Shown here piece by piece: positions 10,223-18,433 of a stretch of 64,000 nt of DNA. The notes beneath the pieces are model-generated. The model saw only the letters and a list, made by a program, of their open reading frames with translations, did not search any database and was not told where the DNA came from. The stretch covers positions 40,793 through 104,792 of the forward strand of contig CAZERA010000004.1 of assembly GCA_964514565.1 (NCBI GenBank). The letters are read 5' to 3'. This stretch comes from an uncultured Candidatus Peribacteria bacterium (GTDB lineage Bacteria > Patescibacteriota > Gracilibacteria > RBG-16-42-10). Position numbers and translations under genes: made by a program. How positions within the stretch are numbered: the stretch's first letter is position 1; each line of letters begins with the position of its first letter.

Positions 10223-11179
10223 CTAAGCTTGACCTGAAAAATCGTTAGAAAAGCAGAATCTCTGGGCTTCGTAGCGACACAATTCTTTACCTTTGTAGGA
10301 TAGCTTGCTACCACTTCTTGCTGTTTCAAACCAATGATAAACATGACCGAGCCACGCTGAGCTGACGTCCTCAATTTTGCACTTTTTGCTTAACCAATCA
10401 TGTAACCAGATCAGGCGAAGATAAAGAGAAAGTTTTCGCCACTCATGTCTGGTCATTTTGCTATCTTTTGTGAAGCTTTCTTGTTGCCATGCTGCAATAG
10501 CGACCGTGCTTTCAGTACTAATAGCTTGTGCCAATGATCCGATTGATTGAAATAGTGTTAGTGGCAATAAAGGCTCCCAATCATGGCGGATATGGTTGCG
10601 CAAATAACTTGTATCTTGATTGGTCTCATCTTCGTGCCAGGAGATCTTGTTTGTCTGTGCATATGTTATTAACTCCGCTTTATTTTTTTTGAGCAAGGGT
10701 CTGAAGAGTGTTTGACCACTCAAAGTTGCCATTCCAATCAGACCAGGGATATCGCAGCCTCGAATCAAATGCATCAGCTGAGTCTCATATTGATCTTGGG
10801 CATGATGAGCTGTCACAACTGCACAGGCTTTGTAGGCCACTCTTTTTGCTTCCAAGATGCGATAGCGCTCATGTCTAGCGGTTTCTTCTAAGCCAATATT
10901 GGCAGGAGAGAGTCTAGGCATATCGATATGTTCTACAATGCACTCAATCTGTTTGGTCTTACAGTAGCCCACTACTAGTTGGGTATCTTCTTGGCTGGTG
11001 GCTCGGATATGATGGTCAATGGTGACCACCGTACAATGTTTAGGAAATAGTTTGGTCATGATATCCAACAGCACCATCGAATCTACACCTCCTGAAATTG
11101 CCAAGATGAAATGATCTGTTGGTGCGAAGTACTGCTTACACTGTTTTTCTACCTCACTACTCAAAGTATTTGCTTCCAT
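10223..11179 (-). CDS. tilS: tRNA(Ile)-lysidine synthetase (short form)
   Basis: AISGGVDSM PP-loop, DHHIR, EETARHERY, TAHH, RPLL, DETN...RN.IR; conserved tilS-ftsH adjacency. Confidence 0.95.
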   Translation of the reverse strand: MEANTLSSEVEKQCKQYFAPTDHFILAISGGVDSMVLLDIMTKLFPKHCTVVTIDHHIRATSQEDTQLVVGYCKTKQIECIVEHIDMPRLSPANIGLEETARHERYRILEAKRVAYKACAVVTAHHAQDQYETQLMHLIRGCDIPGLIGMATLSGQTLFRPLLKKNKAELITYAQTNKISWHEDETNQDTSYLRNHIRHDWEPLLPLTLFQSIGSLAQAISTESTVAIAAWQQESFTKDSKMTRHEWRKLSLYLRLIWLHDWLSKKCKIEDVSSAWLGHVYHWFETARSGSKLSYKGKELCRYEAQRFCFSNDFSGQA

Positions 11180-11187
11180 AACCAGCT

Positions 11188-12277
11188 TTAGTCTTTATTA
11201 CGCAGATACCCCTCGATAAAAGGAAGGATCTCACCATCGAGTACTTTATTGACATCAGTCATCTCTACATTGGTTCGATGATCTTTAACCATAGTATAGG
11301 GATGCATGACATATGAGCGGATCTGATGTCCCCAGCTATTTTGATGTGAACCTTTGAGTTCTTTTAGCTCTAATTGTTTTTCAGCTAATTGAATAGCCAT
11401 CAATCGGTTCCGCAAGGTCTTCATCGCCAAGTCTTTATTCTGTAGCTGTGACCGTTCATTTTGACATTGCACCACTATACCTGATGGTATGTGAGTGATA
11501 CGGACAGCTGAGTCTGTGGTATTTACACCTTGTCCGCCATGTCCGCCAGCTCTGAAGACGTCTATCCTCAGATCATCAGGATTGATTTCAATACCGCTAG
11601 TGTCATCTAATACTGGAATTACTTCTAATAGCGCAAAGGATGTCTCGCGCGAGTGTTTGGCATTGTATGGTGAGATACGTACTAGTCTATGCACTCCGGA
11701 CTCCCCTTTGAGCATGCCGTAGGCATAGTCCCCTTTTACTTCGATAGTTACAGTCTTGATGCCAGCTTCTTCTGCTGGTGATAGGTCTAGTAGTTGGATT
11801 TTGAAATGATTGTTTTCGGCAAAACGGGAATACATTCTAAACAAAATATTGGCCCAGTCCTGGGCATCCACTCCTCCTGTGCCAGCGTGAATTGTGAGCA
11901 AGGCATTGTTGAGATCATAACGGCCGCTAAGCAGAGTCATCGTTTCGAACTGCAGAAAGTCTTGAACCAAGGCTGGTACTTGTTGGTGTAGTTCTTTGGC
12001 TAATTCGGGGTCGGTTTCGGTGGAAGTGATTTCTACTAATTGTTGTAGTTCAGTAAACTTCTCAGTCAAGCTTTCAATTGTGCTGATCAGTTTCTCTAGA
12101 TGATGAATCTTTTGGGTTGTGCTACGTGCAGCATTGGGATCAGACCAGAAAGTCTCTTTCTCGGTGGTCTGTACTAGCTCTGCATGTTGTTTTTGTAAGG
12201 TTGGGACGTCAAAGATATTCTCTCAGACGAGAGATCTTAGTGGATAGGTCGGTGAGTTGTTGTTTTAATTCGTGCAT
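11188..12277 (-). CDS. prfB: Peptide chain release factor 2, expressed by programmed +1 frameshift (22 codons + 340 codons)
   Basis: ATG at 12277 opens MHELKQQLTDLSTKISRLREYL then CTT TGA C; +1 shift to GAC at 12210 is in frame with the 11188-12069 ORF carrying GESGVHRLVRISPY, GGHGGQGVN, WGHQIRSY. Confidence 0.96.
12208..12223 (-). other. prfB programmed +1 frameshift site
   Basis: Minus strand AGAGAA TAT CTT TGA C; canonical CTTTGAC at 12214-12208. Confidence 0.93.
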
Positions 12278-12306
12278 AAAATAACTAGTGTCTACTTGCA
12301 GTATAC

Positions 12307-12343
12307 AAAAAAGCCCCGGGAGAGGAAATCTCCCGAGGCCTTT
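12307..12343 (-). terminator. Rho-independent terminator after the PKD gene
   Basis: Minus strand GGCCTCGGGAGA-TTTCC-TCTCCCGGGGCT followed by a T run. Confidence 0.85.
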
Positions 12344-12373
12344 AAGGTCATTTGAATTTGACGAATGGCAGGA

Positions 12374-15300
12374 TTAACGAACAGTGACGAAGAGATCAGG
12401 ACAATCGGTGCGATTGCCGAAACGATCTTGTAATGCACTATTGATACGGTATGTTCCTGGTACTGAGTAGTAGGCAGTACGTTGGAGTACATTGAATCCT
12501 TGGCTAGTATAGCCATTGTTAAAATTGATAGCACCCCAGAATGGACCATTCTCAGGATGTTCGGGTACAAACTCTACTGTAAATTGTACAGTTGCAGTAG
12601 GATTTGGTGTCACTACACGGAGGGCACGACATACCTGCCCACTCGTATTAGGAGCCTGAACACGTACTTCACCATTGGCACAGTTGGTAATACCACCGCG
12701 GCCATCATTGATTTGGATTTGGCTGATATACACACCATTATTGATATAAGCATGACTGCCAGTGCCTGTCGTGTTGCTTACACTCTCTCCGTCTCCGAAG
12801 AAATAAGTATATGTAAGAACATCATTATCACTGTCTCGTCCTACTACATGGAAATTGACAGCAGTTCCGACTGTGACTGGATTTGGGGTAATCTCAGTAC
12901 TGAGACAAATTGGTGCTGTATTGGCAACAGGGCTCACGGTCAAAGTAGCTGTATTTGCACAATTGACTGTGACATTCGCTGTGTCTCGTACTTGAGCAGT
13001 GATGGTGTAAATACCGGCATTGCTATAAGTATGATAGACAGGACTAATTCCAGAACTTTGATTTGTCGTGTCACCAAAGTTTACTATATAAGTCAAAGCT
13101 TGGTTGTCTGCATCAGTAGCATTTATAGTGATTCCAACTGGAGATCCCGCTACAGCAGTAGTAGGTACGCTGACAGTAGTACATACTGGAGCACGGTTAG
13201 TCGGGTTGCTGGTTACTGGAGGAACTGTAGGCGGTACTGCTGCACTGACGGTGAAGGTGACTTCAGCACAGTTGGTGCTACGGTTGCCATCACTAATACT
13301 AGTGCGGAGTACATAGGTACCTGGATTGGTATAGGTATGACGGATGACGTTGTTGGTACCAATGCTATCTGCTGTGCCGTCATTGAAGCGAGCAGTATAA
13401 CTAAGCGCGCTATTTTCTGGATCACGGGCGGTGATAGTGAGGACCATGTCTGTATTAACTGTCAGTGTAGTTCCTGGTGCGATATTCAAATTTTGACAAA
13501 GAGGAGCTTGATTAGTGGGAGAAGCAGGGGTGATACTAATAGTAATTGTGGTAACTGTAGGATTGCCTGGATTAGTTGGATTGGTCACACCACTGTTGGT
13601 GTTTGTACAACTAGTACTGAGACCACGACTATCTCGTACATTTACTGAAGCACTGAATGCACCATTGGCTGGATAACGATAAGTAGTAGTGTTTGTGGTC
13701 AAATCCCGACTATTGCCGTCACCGAAGTTGTAGGTATAAGTCAAAGCGTCATTGTCTGGGTCACTAGCTGCGACAGTAAATACAATGTCGGTAGTATTTG
13801 AACCAGTAATTGTGCTCACTACGAAAGTACATACTGGAGCACGGTTGGTTGTGTTAGGAGTAGTAATAACTACAGTGATATTTGTAGGAGTTGTGCCACC
13901 AGGAGGAGTAACTGAGCCTGTGTTGGTGTTGGTACAGTTTGTCCTGAGTCCCCGACTATCAGAAGCTGATACAGTAGCTACAAATGAACCTGCTGTAGTG
14001 TAGCGATGGGTAGTGGTATTGGTAGTAAGCGTACTACTGCTACCGTCACCGAAGTTGTAAGTATAAGTCAAAGCATCATTGTCTGGATCACTAGCACTGA
14101 TGGTGAAAAGTACATCAGTTGCTGTAGTGCTGGCTGTTGCATTGAGTACAAAACTACAAACTGGAGCACGGTTAGTTGGTGCTGGTGTAGTAGGTACTTG
14201 TACTACCACAGTGATAGTAGGATTGATGGTACCAGTCGCTACACATTGTCCGACTAAGCCACCTGGATCACGGACACTTGCTGTGATTGGATAGGTACTA
14301 GCTACTAAATAACGATGAGTTGTAGTAGCACTTGTTGTTTCTTGATTATTGCCGTCACCGAAAATATAGCTATATACTAAGGCATCACTGTCAGGATCGG
14401 TCGCATTTACTGTGTAAGTAACGACGTCATTGGTAGTTGGATTACTTGGAGCGATACTCATAGTACAGCTAGGAGCATGGTTGTTGGTACGTACTGTGAG
14501 TTGGATATCATTACAATTGCTGAGATTGATACCATCTGAAATACGAGCATGAATTAAACGGTTGCCAGCAGTGGTATAGGTACGAGAGCTTACGGGCCCT
14601 GTACTGATATAGCTATTGCCGTCACCGAAATCTACAGCATAAGTAAGTGCTTGATTCTCAGGATCAGTTGCTTGAATAGTAAAGGTAACGATGGCTCCAG
14701 TATAAGGACTAGTGTTGTCAGTAGTAATAGTACAAGTAGGTGCTAAATTGGGCCCAGTTGTAGGATTAGTAGTAGGTATACTAGTAGCTGTTGCTGTATT
14801 AGTAGGAGTAGCGGTAACTGTTGGAGTGCTGCTTGCGGTAGGAGTACTAGTTGCTGTTGGTGTGCTCGTAGCAGTGGGAGTGCTGGTAGGAGTTGCTGTA
14901 CTTGTTGGCGTACTAGTCGCAGTAGGAGTGCTAGTAGCGGTTGGTGTACTGGTTGCTGTAGGCGTACTAGTAGGACCAAAACGACTGACATTCAAAGTAA
15001 GAGCTGGACAGTTGGCTGTGAGGCCAGCACGGTCACTTACTTGGGCTGTGATGCTATAGGTACCAGGGGCGATATAATCATGAGCAGCTTGCGCTTGTAC
15101 ACTAGTAGCACGCATAGCACCATCACCGAAGTTGTAGCTATAGCTTAATCTATCTCCACTATCAGTGTCAGTTGCTTGTGCTTGGAATGTCACTACTACA
15201 CCTTCTTGAGGCATAGCATTGGACACAGTAATAGCAGTACAAACTGGTGCATGATTGGTAGGGGTACTAGTAGCAGTTGGTGTAGCGGTTGGGGTGCTAG

Positions 15301-16225
15301 TCACAGTAGGTGTGCTTGTTGCGGTGGGAGTAGAAGTCACAGTAGGTGTAGCAGTTGGAGTTGCTGTACTACCGGCGCCGACTGTAATTGTGCTATCACA
15401 ACGAACATAACCACCAGCTGTATCAGTGACACGAATACCAACGCCGTAGCTACCTGCTGCAGTATAAGTAAATTGAGCACTATTGGTTTGACCTACGCTA
15501 TCAAATGAACCGTTGTCTGTGAAGTCGAAAGCATAAGTAAATGGAGCACTACCACCGACTGCAGTGACCGTAAATGTAGTTGGTTGATTGACTTGAGCAG
15601 CTGAAGTAGCAAGTGTACATGCACTTAGTACTGGATTGCTGTTTGTCTCACTTGATTGACCAACGATACGGAAACCTCCGAATTCCACTTCGCCTTCGCC
15701 TGTACCAGCAATTTGCAGGCTAGTAACTGGGCTGGTGAGCGTGAAACCAGAGAAGTGATACATATCAAAAATCGCACTATCACCTTGGTCAGGAATATTG
15801 AAAGTACTGCTACCTGCACGGATGACAAGGTTCTCGTTTGCTTCAGCATTGGATTGGTTACCATAGCGGGCATTGAGATCAACATCATATTGACCAGCGG
15901 GAAGATTGATATTGAGAGTGATTGGAGCAGTCAGACTGCTGACACCACGAGCGTCGTTTGAGCGGTTGTAACCACCAAAGCTAGGATCGTAGGTACGGAT
16001 ATTGCCACCACTGACAGACAATGGAAACAAACTATCGATAGTTGTAGCTTCTGAAGCTAGACTCTTTGATCCATCGAGGAGGTTGATAAAGCCAGTGTTG
16101 TAGAAAGCAGCTTGGGTAGTCGGTACTACTGAGCTAATCCATTGATCTAGTCCGAGTACTTGGAAAGTAACAATCAGAGCCAGGCTCAATCCCACTATCT
16201 TTTTCCACAGGTTATTTTTTTGCAT
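12374..16225 (-). CDS. Large secreted PKD-repeat surface protein/adhesin (N-terminal beta-sandwich + 10 PKD/Ig-like domains + T/P-rich linkers)
   Basis: Signal/anchor helix; repeated NxAPxC...D.D.D.L.Y.Y.FGDG...H.Y...G.Y......D...C units; TPTATS linkers. Confidence 0.9.
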   Translation of the reverse strand: MQKNNLWKKIVGLSLALIVTFQVLGLDQWISSVVPTTQAAFYNTGFINLLDGSKSLASEATTIDSLFPLSVSGGNIRTYDPSFGGYNRSNDARGVSSLTAPITLNINLPAGQYDVDLNARYGNQSNAEANENLVIRAGSSTFNIPDQGDSAIFDMYHFSGFTLTSPVTSLQIAGTGEGEVEFGGFRIVGQSSETNSNPVLSACTLATSAAQVNQPTTFTVTAVGGSAPFTYAFDFTDNGSFDSVGQTNSAQFTYTAAGSYGVGIRVTDTAGGYVRCDSTITVGAGSTATPTATPTVTSTPTATSTPTVTSTPTATPTATSTPTNHAPVCTAITVSNAMPQEGVVVTFQAQATDTDSGDRLSYSYNFGDGAMRATSVQAQAAHDYIAPGTYSITAQVSDRAGLTANCPALTLNVSRFGPTSTPTATSTPTATSTPTATSTPTSTATPTSTPTATSTPTATSTPTASSTPTVTATPTNTATATSIPTTNPTTGPNLAPTCTITTDNTSPYTGAIVTFTIQATDPENQALTYAVDFGDGNSYISTGPVSSRTYTTAGNRLIHARISDGINLSNCNDIQLTVRTNNHAPSCTMSIAPSNPTTNDVVTYTVNATDPDSDALVYSYIFGDGNNQETTSATTTHRYLVASTYPITASVRDPGGLVGQCVATGTINPTITVVVQVPTTPAPTNRAPVCSFVLNATASTTATDVLFTISASDPDNDALTYTYNFGDGSSSTLTTNTTTHRYTTAGSFVATVSASDSRGLRTNCTNTNTGSVTPPGGTTPTNITVVITTPNTTNRAPVCTFVVSTITGSNTTDIVFTVAASDPDNDALTYTYNFGDGNSRDLTTNTTTYRYPANGAFSASVNVRDSRGLSTSCTNTNSGVTNPTNPGNPTVTTITISITPASPTNQAPLCQNLNIAPGTTLTVNTDMVLTITARDPENSALSYTARFNDGTADSIGTNNVIRHTYTNPGTYVLRTSISDGNRSTNCAEVTFTVSAAVPPTVPPVTSNPTNRAPVCTTVSVPTTAVAGSPVGITINATDADNQALTYIVNFGDTTNQSSGISPVYHTYSNAGIYTITAQVRDTANVTVNCANTATLTVSPVANTAPICLSTEITPNPVTVGTAVNFHVVGRDSDNDVLTYTYFFGDGESVSNTTGTGSHAYINNGVYISQIQINDGRGGITNCANGEVRVQAPNTSGQVCRALRVVTPNPTATVQFTVEFVPEHPENGPFWGAINFNNGYTSQGFNVLQRTAYYSVPGTYRINSALQDRFGNRTDCPDLFVTVR
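14760..14975 (-). repeat. Degenerate 18-bp coding tandem repeat (TPTATS linker)
   Basis: About 10-12 TPTA(T/S)S-like units; a shorter second block lies at about 15258-15370. Confidence 0.8.
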
Positions 16226-16258
16226 AGATTGAGTATGAAGTGAATAAGTAAAGAGGGA

Positions 16259-17488
16259 TTAGCGAACAAGTAAACCTGCGCCTACGCTACCGATGAAATT
16301 GGTAGTAGCACCATCAGTTGGTACTGATGCACCAGCTGAGATTTCGAAGAAACCTGCTGCACGGCGAGGGTTGCCATTGGTCAAAATGCGACCTGTTAGT
16401 TCAAATGGAACAGCTGTACGGTTTGTAGATCCTTCGATCACAAATGCATCGACACCAGTTCTGAAGCCAGCGCGGAGGATACTACCCCGGCCACCTTGAT
16501 ATTCAGCACCAATGCGACCACCAACATACCAAAGATCTGGACGGTTCAAAGTAACACCTGATCCCAATCTAGCGCTCATGAGCATGCTCCAGTGTTGACC
16601 AAAATGTCTACCAAGATGTGCTTCAATTGCTGGGATCACAGTAACGCGTACTGGACTTTCTGGTGCATTAGTTTCACCGACTTGAGCTGAACTAAATGTG
16701 CGATTCATACCTTCTGGACGAGTGGTAACATTGAATGTACGACTAACACCATTGCTAGTAACTTGCAGTGTGCTCAAGCTGTTGCCTGGGATAGCCACAG
16801 TAGCATTGCGTCCCATTCCTGGAGCGGCAGTGACCTCAGCTCCATTACTAGGAGTAATAGTATATTGATTGTTGCCGCCAGTGAATGTTAATGAACAAAT
16901 ATAACGACCACCAGCATTACCAGTAGCGCTACGTTCAGGTAGACAGTTGCCAGCTGAGACACCGAGATTGTTTTGTTGTGCCTCAGGATCGCGGAATAAA
17001 TTTGGTACAAATACTGTAGTAAGACCTACACCACCGAACCAACCAGTTTCTCTACCTCCACTAGTACTTTCTGCAATAGGAGCAGCTGGAGTTGCTTGTA
17101 GGTAGTTAATACTGTCTGATGGAGCTACATAAGTAGGAGTAGCAGCAACTGTTGGTTGAGCAACTACTGCTGGTGCAGCTGGTTGCTGAACTAGTGCTGT
17201 ACGGCTACCAGAAAAATCCATGTTGCCATTGTTAGTGGTAGGAGTTGCTGGTGTCGCAGTTACTATTGCTGTGACTGCATTACCTGCTGTTGAATCAACT
17301 GGAACAACATACACTGGGCGCAAGCGACCATGTGTTGGAGTTTGTGCGTGAGCCGTATTTGGCTTTGCAATAACTGCTGCACTCAAACCGGCTACGAGAG
17401 CTGCTATAGCTAATCTACTATCTGTACTGGTGGGGGTATGACGAGGTGAAACGCGGAGGGAATGTGCTGTGCTGATCTTACTTGCCAT
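16259..17488 (-). CDS. Secreted protein with low-complexity stalk and predicted beta-barrel-like C-terminal region
   Basis: Signal peptide ending AHA-Q; A/P/T-rich linker; series of Gly/aromatic amphipathic strands ending FIGSVGAGLLVR. The CDS is solid; the fold is inferred. Confidence 0.75.
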   Translation of the reverse strand: MASKISTAHSLRVSPRHTPTSTDSRLAIAALVAGLSAAVIAKPNTAHAQTPTHGRLRPVYVVPVDSTAGNAVTAIVTATPATPTTNNGNMDFSGSRTALVQQPAAPAVVAQPTVAATPTYVAPSDSINYLQATPAAPIAESTSGGRETGWFGGVGLTTVFVPNLFRDPEAQQNNLGVSAGNCLPERSATGNAGGRYICSLTFTGGNNQYTITPSNGAEVTAAPGMGRNATVAIPGNSLSTLQVTSNGVSRTFNVTTRPEGMNRTFSSAQVGETNAPESPVRVTVIPAIEAHLGRHFGQHWSMLMSARLGSGVTLNRPDLWYVGGRIGAEYQGGRGSILRAGFRTGVDAFVIEGSTNRTAVPFELTGRILTNGNPRRAAGFFEISAGASVPTDGATTNFIGSVGAGLLVR

Positions 17489-17514
17489 AAATATGGTTTA
17501 AAAGTAAAGGTGAG

Positions 17515-17543
17515 AATTTAACTGCTTTATCTGTTTTTGTCAA
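17515..17543 (-). promoter_or_regulatory. Sigma70-type promoter for the 17488/16225 operon
   Basis: Minus strand TTGACA-N17-TAAATT, 26 nt upstream of the ATG at 17488. Confidence 0.7.
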
Positions 17544-17633
17544 TGCCTAGTGGGGTATTTATAGCCAAATGAGTGAATTAGGGATGGGTAAAGGCATGCT
17601 TGTTGTGTTAGAATAATTCGATAGCAACTTTCT

Positions 17634-18296
17634 ATGCCACCACTTACCCCTACCTCCTCAGATACAGATGTGTCCCCCGTTCGTTTTCAACTCGCGGCTA
17701 CTGCCAGCGATTTCTACTTTCCGCTGCAGTCTCCTGCGGAGGATACGTATTTACCAACACAATATACTGCCCGAAACATTGTGCAAAGAAAAAAGAACCA
17801 AACGTCTTTGCGTGAAGCACTCAAGCTCGATACTACATTACCAATAGTAGGTGTGATCGTGAGTGGATTTAGCAAAAAACAATTAAAACTGTTGGAACAA
17901 ATTGTAGAAGCTAGTTTGGCACTGCCTTTGCAGCTGGTGTTGATCGGGGCAGATAAAGAGTTGGTGGTGGCAAAAAACAGCAAAGTTAAGAAAATGGTGA
18001 ATACGCCTGACCATATCCATTTATTTTTTGGTGCTGCTGATGTACTCGTCTTACCAGCGCAATCCAATGATGCATTGGTAGCTGCTTGTTTTCGCTATGG
18101 TTTGATACCAGTAGTACAGGACGATCAAACTTTGGTCCGTGATTATGATCCTGTATCAGAAGAAGGAAATGCTTTTTCTTACCAAGAAAATACAATTTGG
18201 TCTATCTATGCAGCTCTTATCCGAGCTATGGAGACCCATCGTTTGTCATATGATTGGCAAAGGATACAGCGGAATGGGTTGGATATGAGTGCCTGA
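17634..18296 (+). CDS. Stand-alone glycogen synthase (GlgA, GT5)-like C-terminal domain, degenerate
   Basis: KKNQTSLREALKL..LPIVGV, HLFFGAADVLVLP, RYGLIPVV, YDPVSEEGNAFSY, WQRIQRNGL match the GlgA C-lobe; the N-lobe and PSRFEPCGL motif are absent. Confidence 0.75.
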   Translation: MPPLTPTSSDTDVSPVRFQLAATASDFYFPLQSPAEDTYLPTQYTARNIVQRKKNQTSLREALKLDTTLPIVGVIVSGFSKKQLKLLEQIVEASLALPLQLVLIGADKELVVAKNSKVKKMVNTPDHIHLFFGAADVLVLPAQSNDALVAACFRYGLIPVVQDDQTLVRDYDPVSEEGNAFSYQENTIWSIYAALIRAMETHRLSYDWQRIQRNGLDMSA

Positions 18297-18299
18297 AAA

Positions 18300-18337
18300 T
18301 TAGGTCAGAGATACGAGATTAGAGGTCAGAGGTTTTA
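18300..18337 (+). repeat. 7-bp-period AGAG(R)TY-type intergenic repeat, copy 1
   Basis: TTAGGTC AGAGATA CGAGATT AGAGGTC AGAGGTT TTA; similar to 45776 and 50081. Confidence 0.75.
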
Positions 18338-18433
18338 ATCGGATAGTGCTCTTTAGCTTATTTGTGTGCACAAAACTTGACGAACAATCGTGTCCCTATT
18401 AGTCTGAATCGTAACAAATAACCTATTTTTGCT

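Noticed and set aside
11188..12069. prfB as a truncated gene or pseudogene
   Set aside because: Explained by the canonical CTT-TGA-C programmed frameshift with an upstream ATG at 12277
12292..12570. 92-aa minus-strand ORF overlapping the PKD 3' end
   Set aside because: Alternate frame that runs through the terminator hairpin
12482..13648. 388-aa plus-strand ORF, and other ORFs antisense to the PKD gene
   Set aside because: Shadow of the Thr/Asn/Val-rich repetitive minus-strand gene; S/C/I-rich with no motif
14712..15059. VAVGVL-repeat hydrophobic ORF (also 1630-1821)
   Set aside because: Simply the reverse complement of the TPTATS linkers
18380..18395. Possible LexA box (CGAACaatcGTGTC) upstream of uvrA
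   Set aside because: Right half-site does not match GTTC and no similar site was seen before uvrB or uvrC
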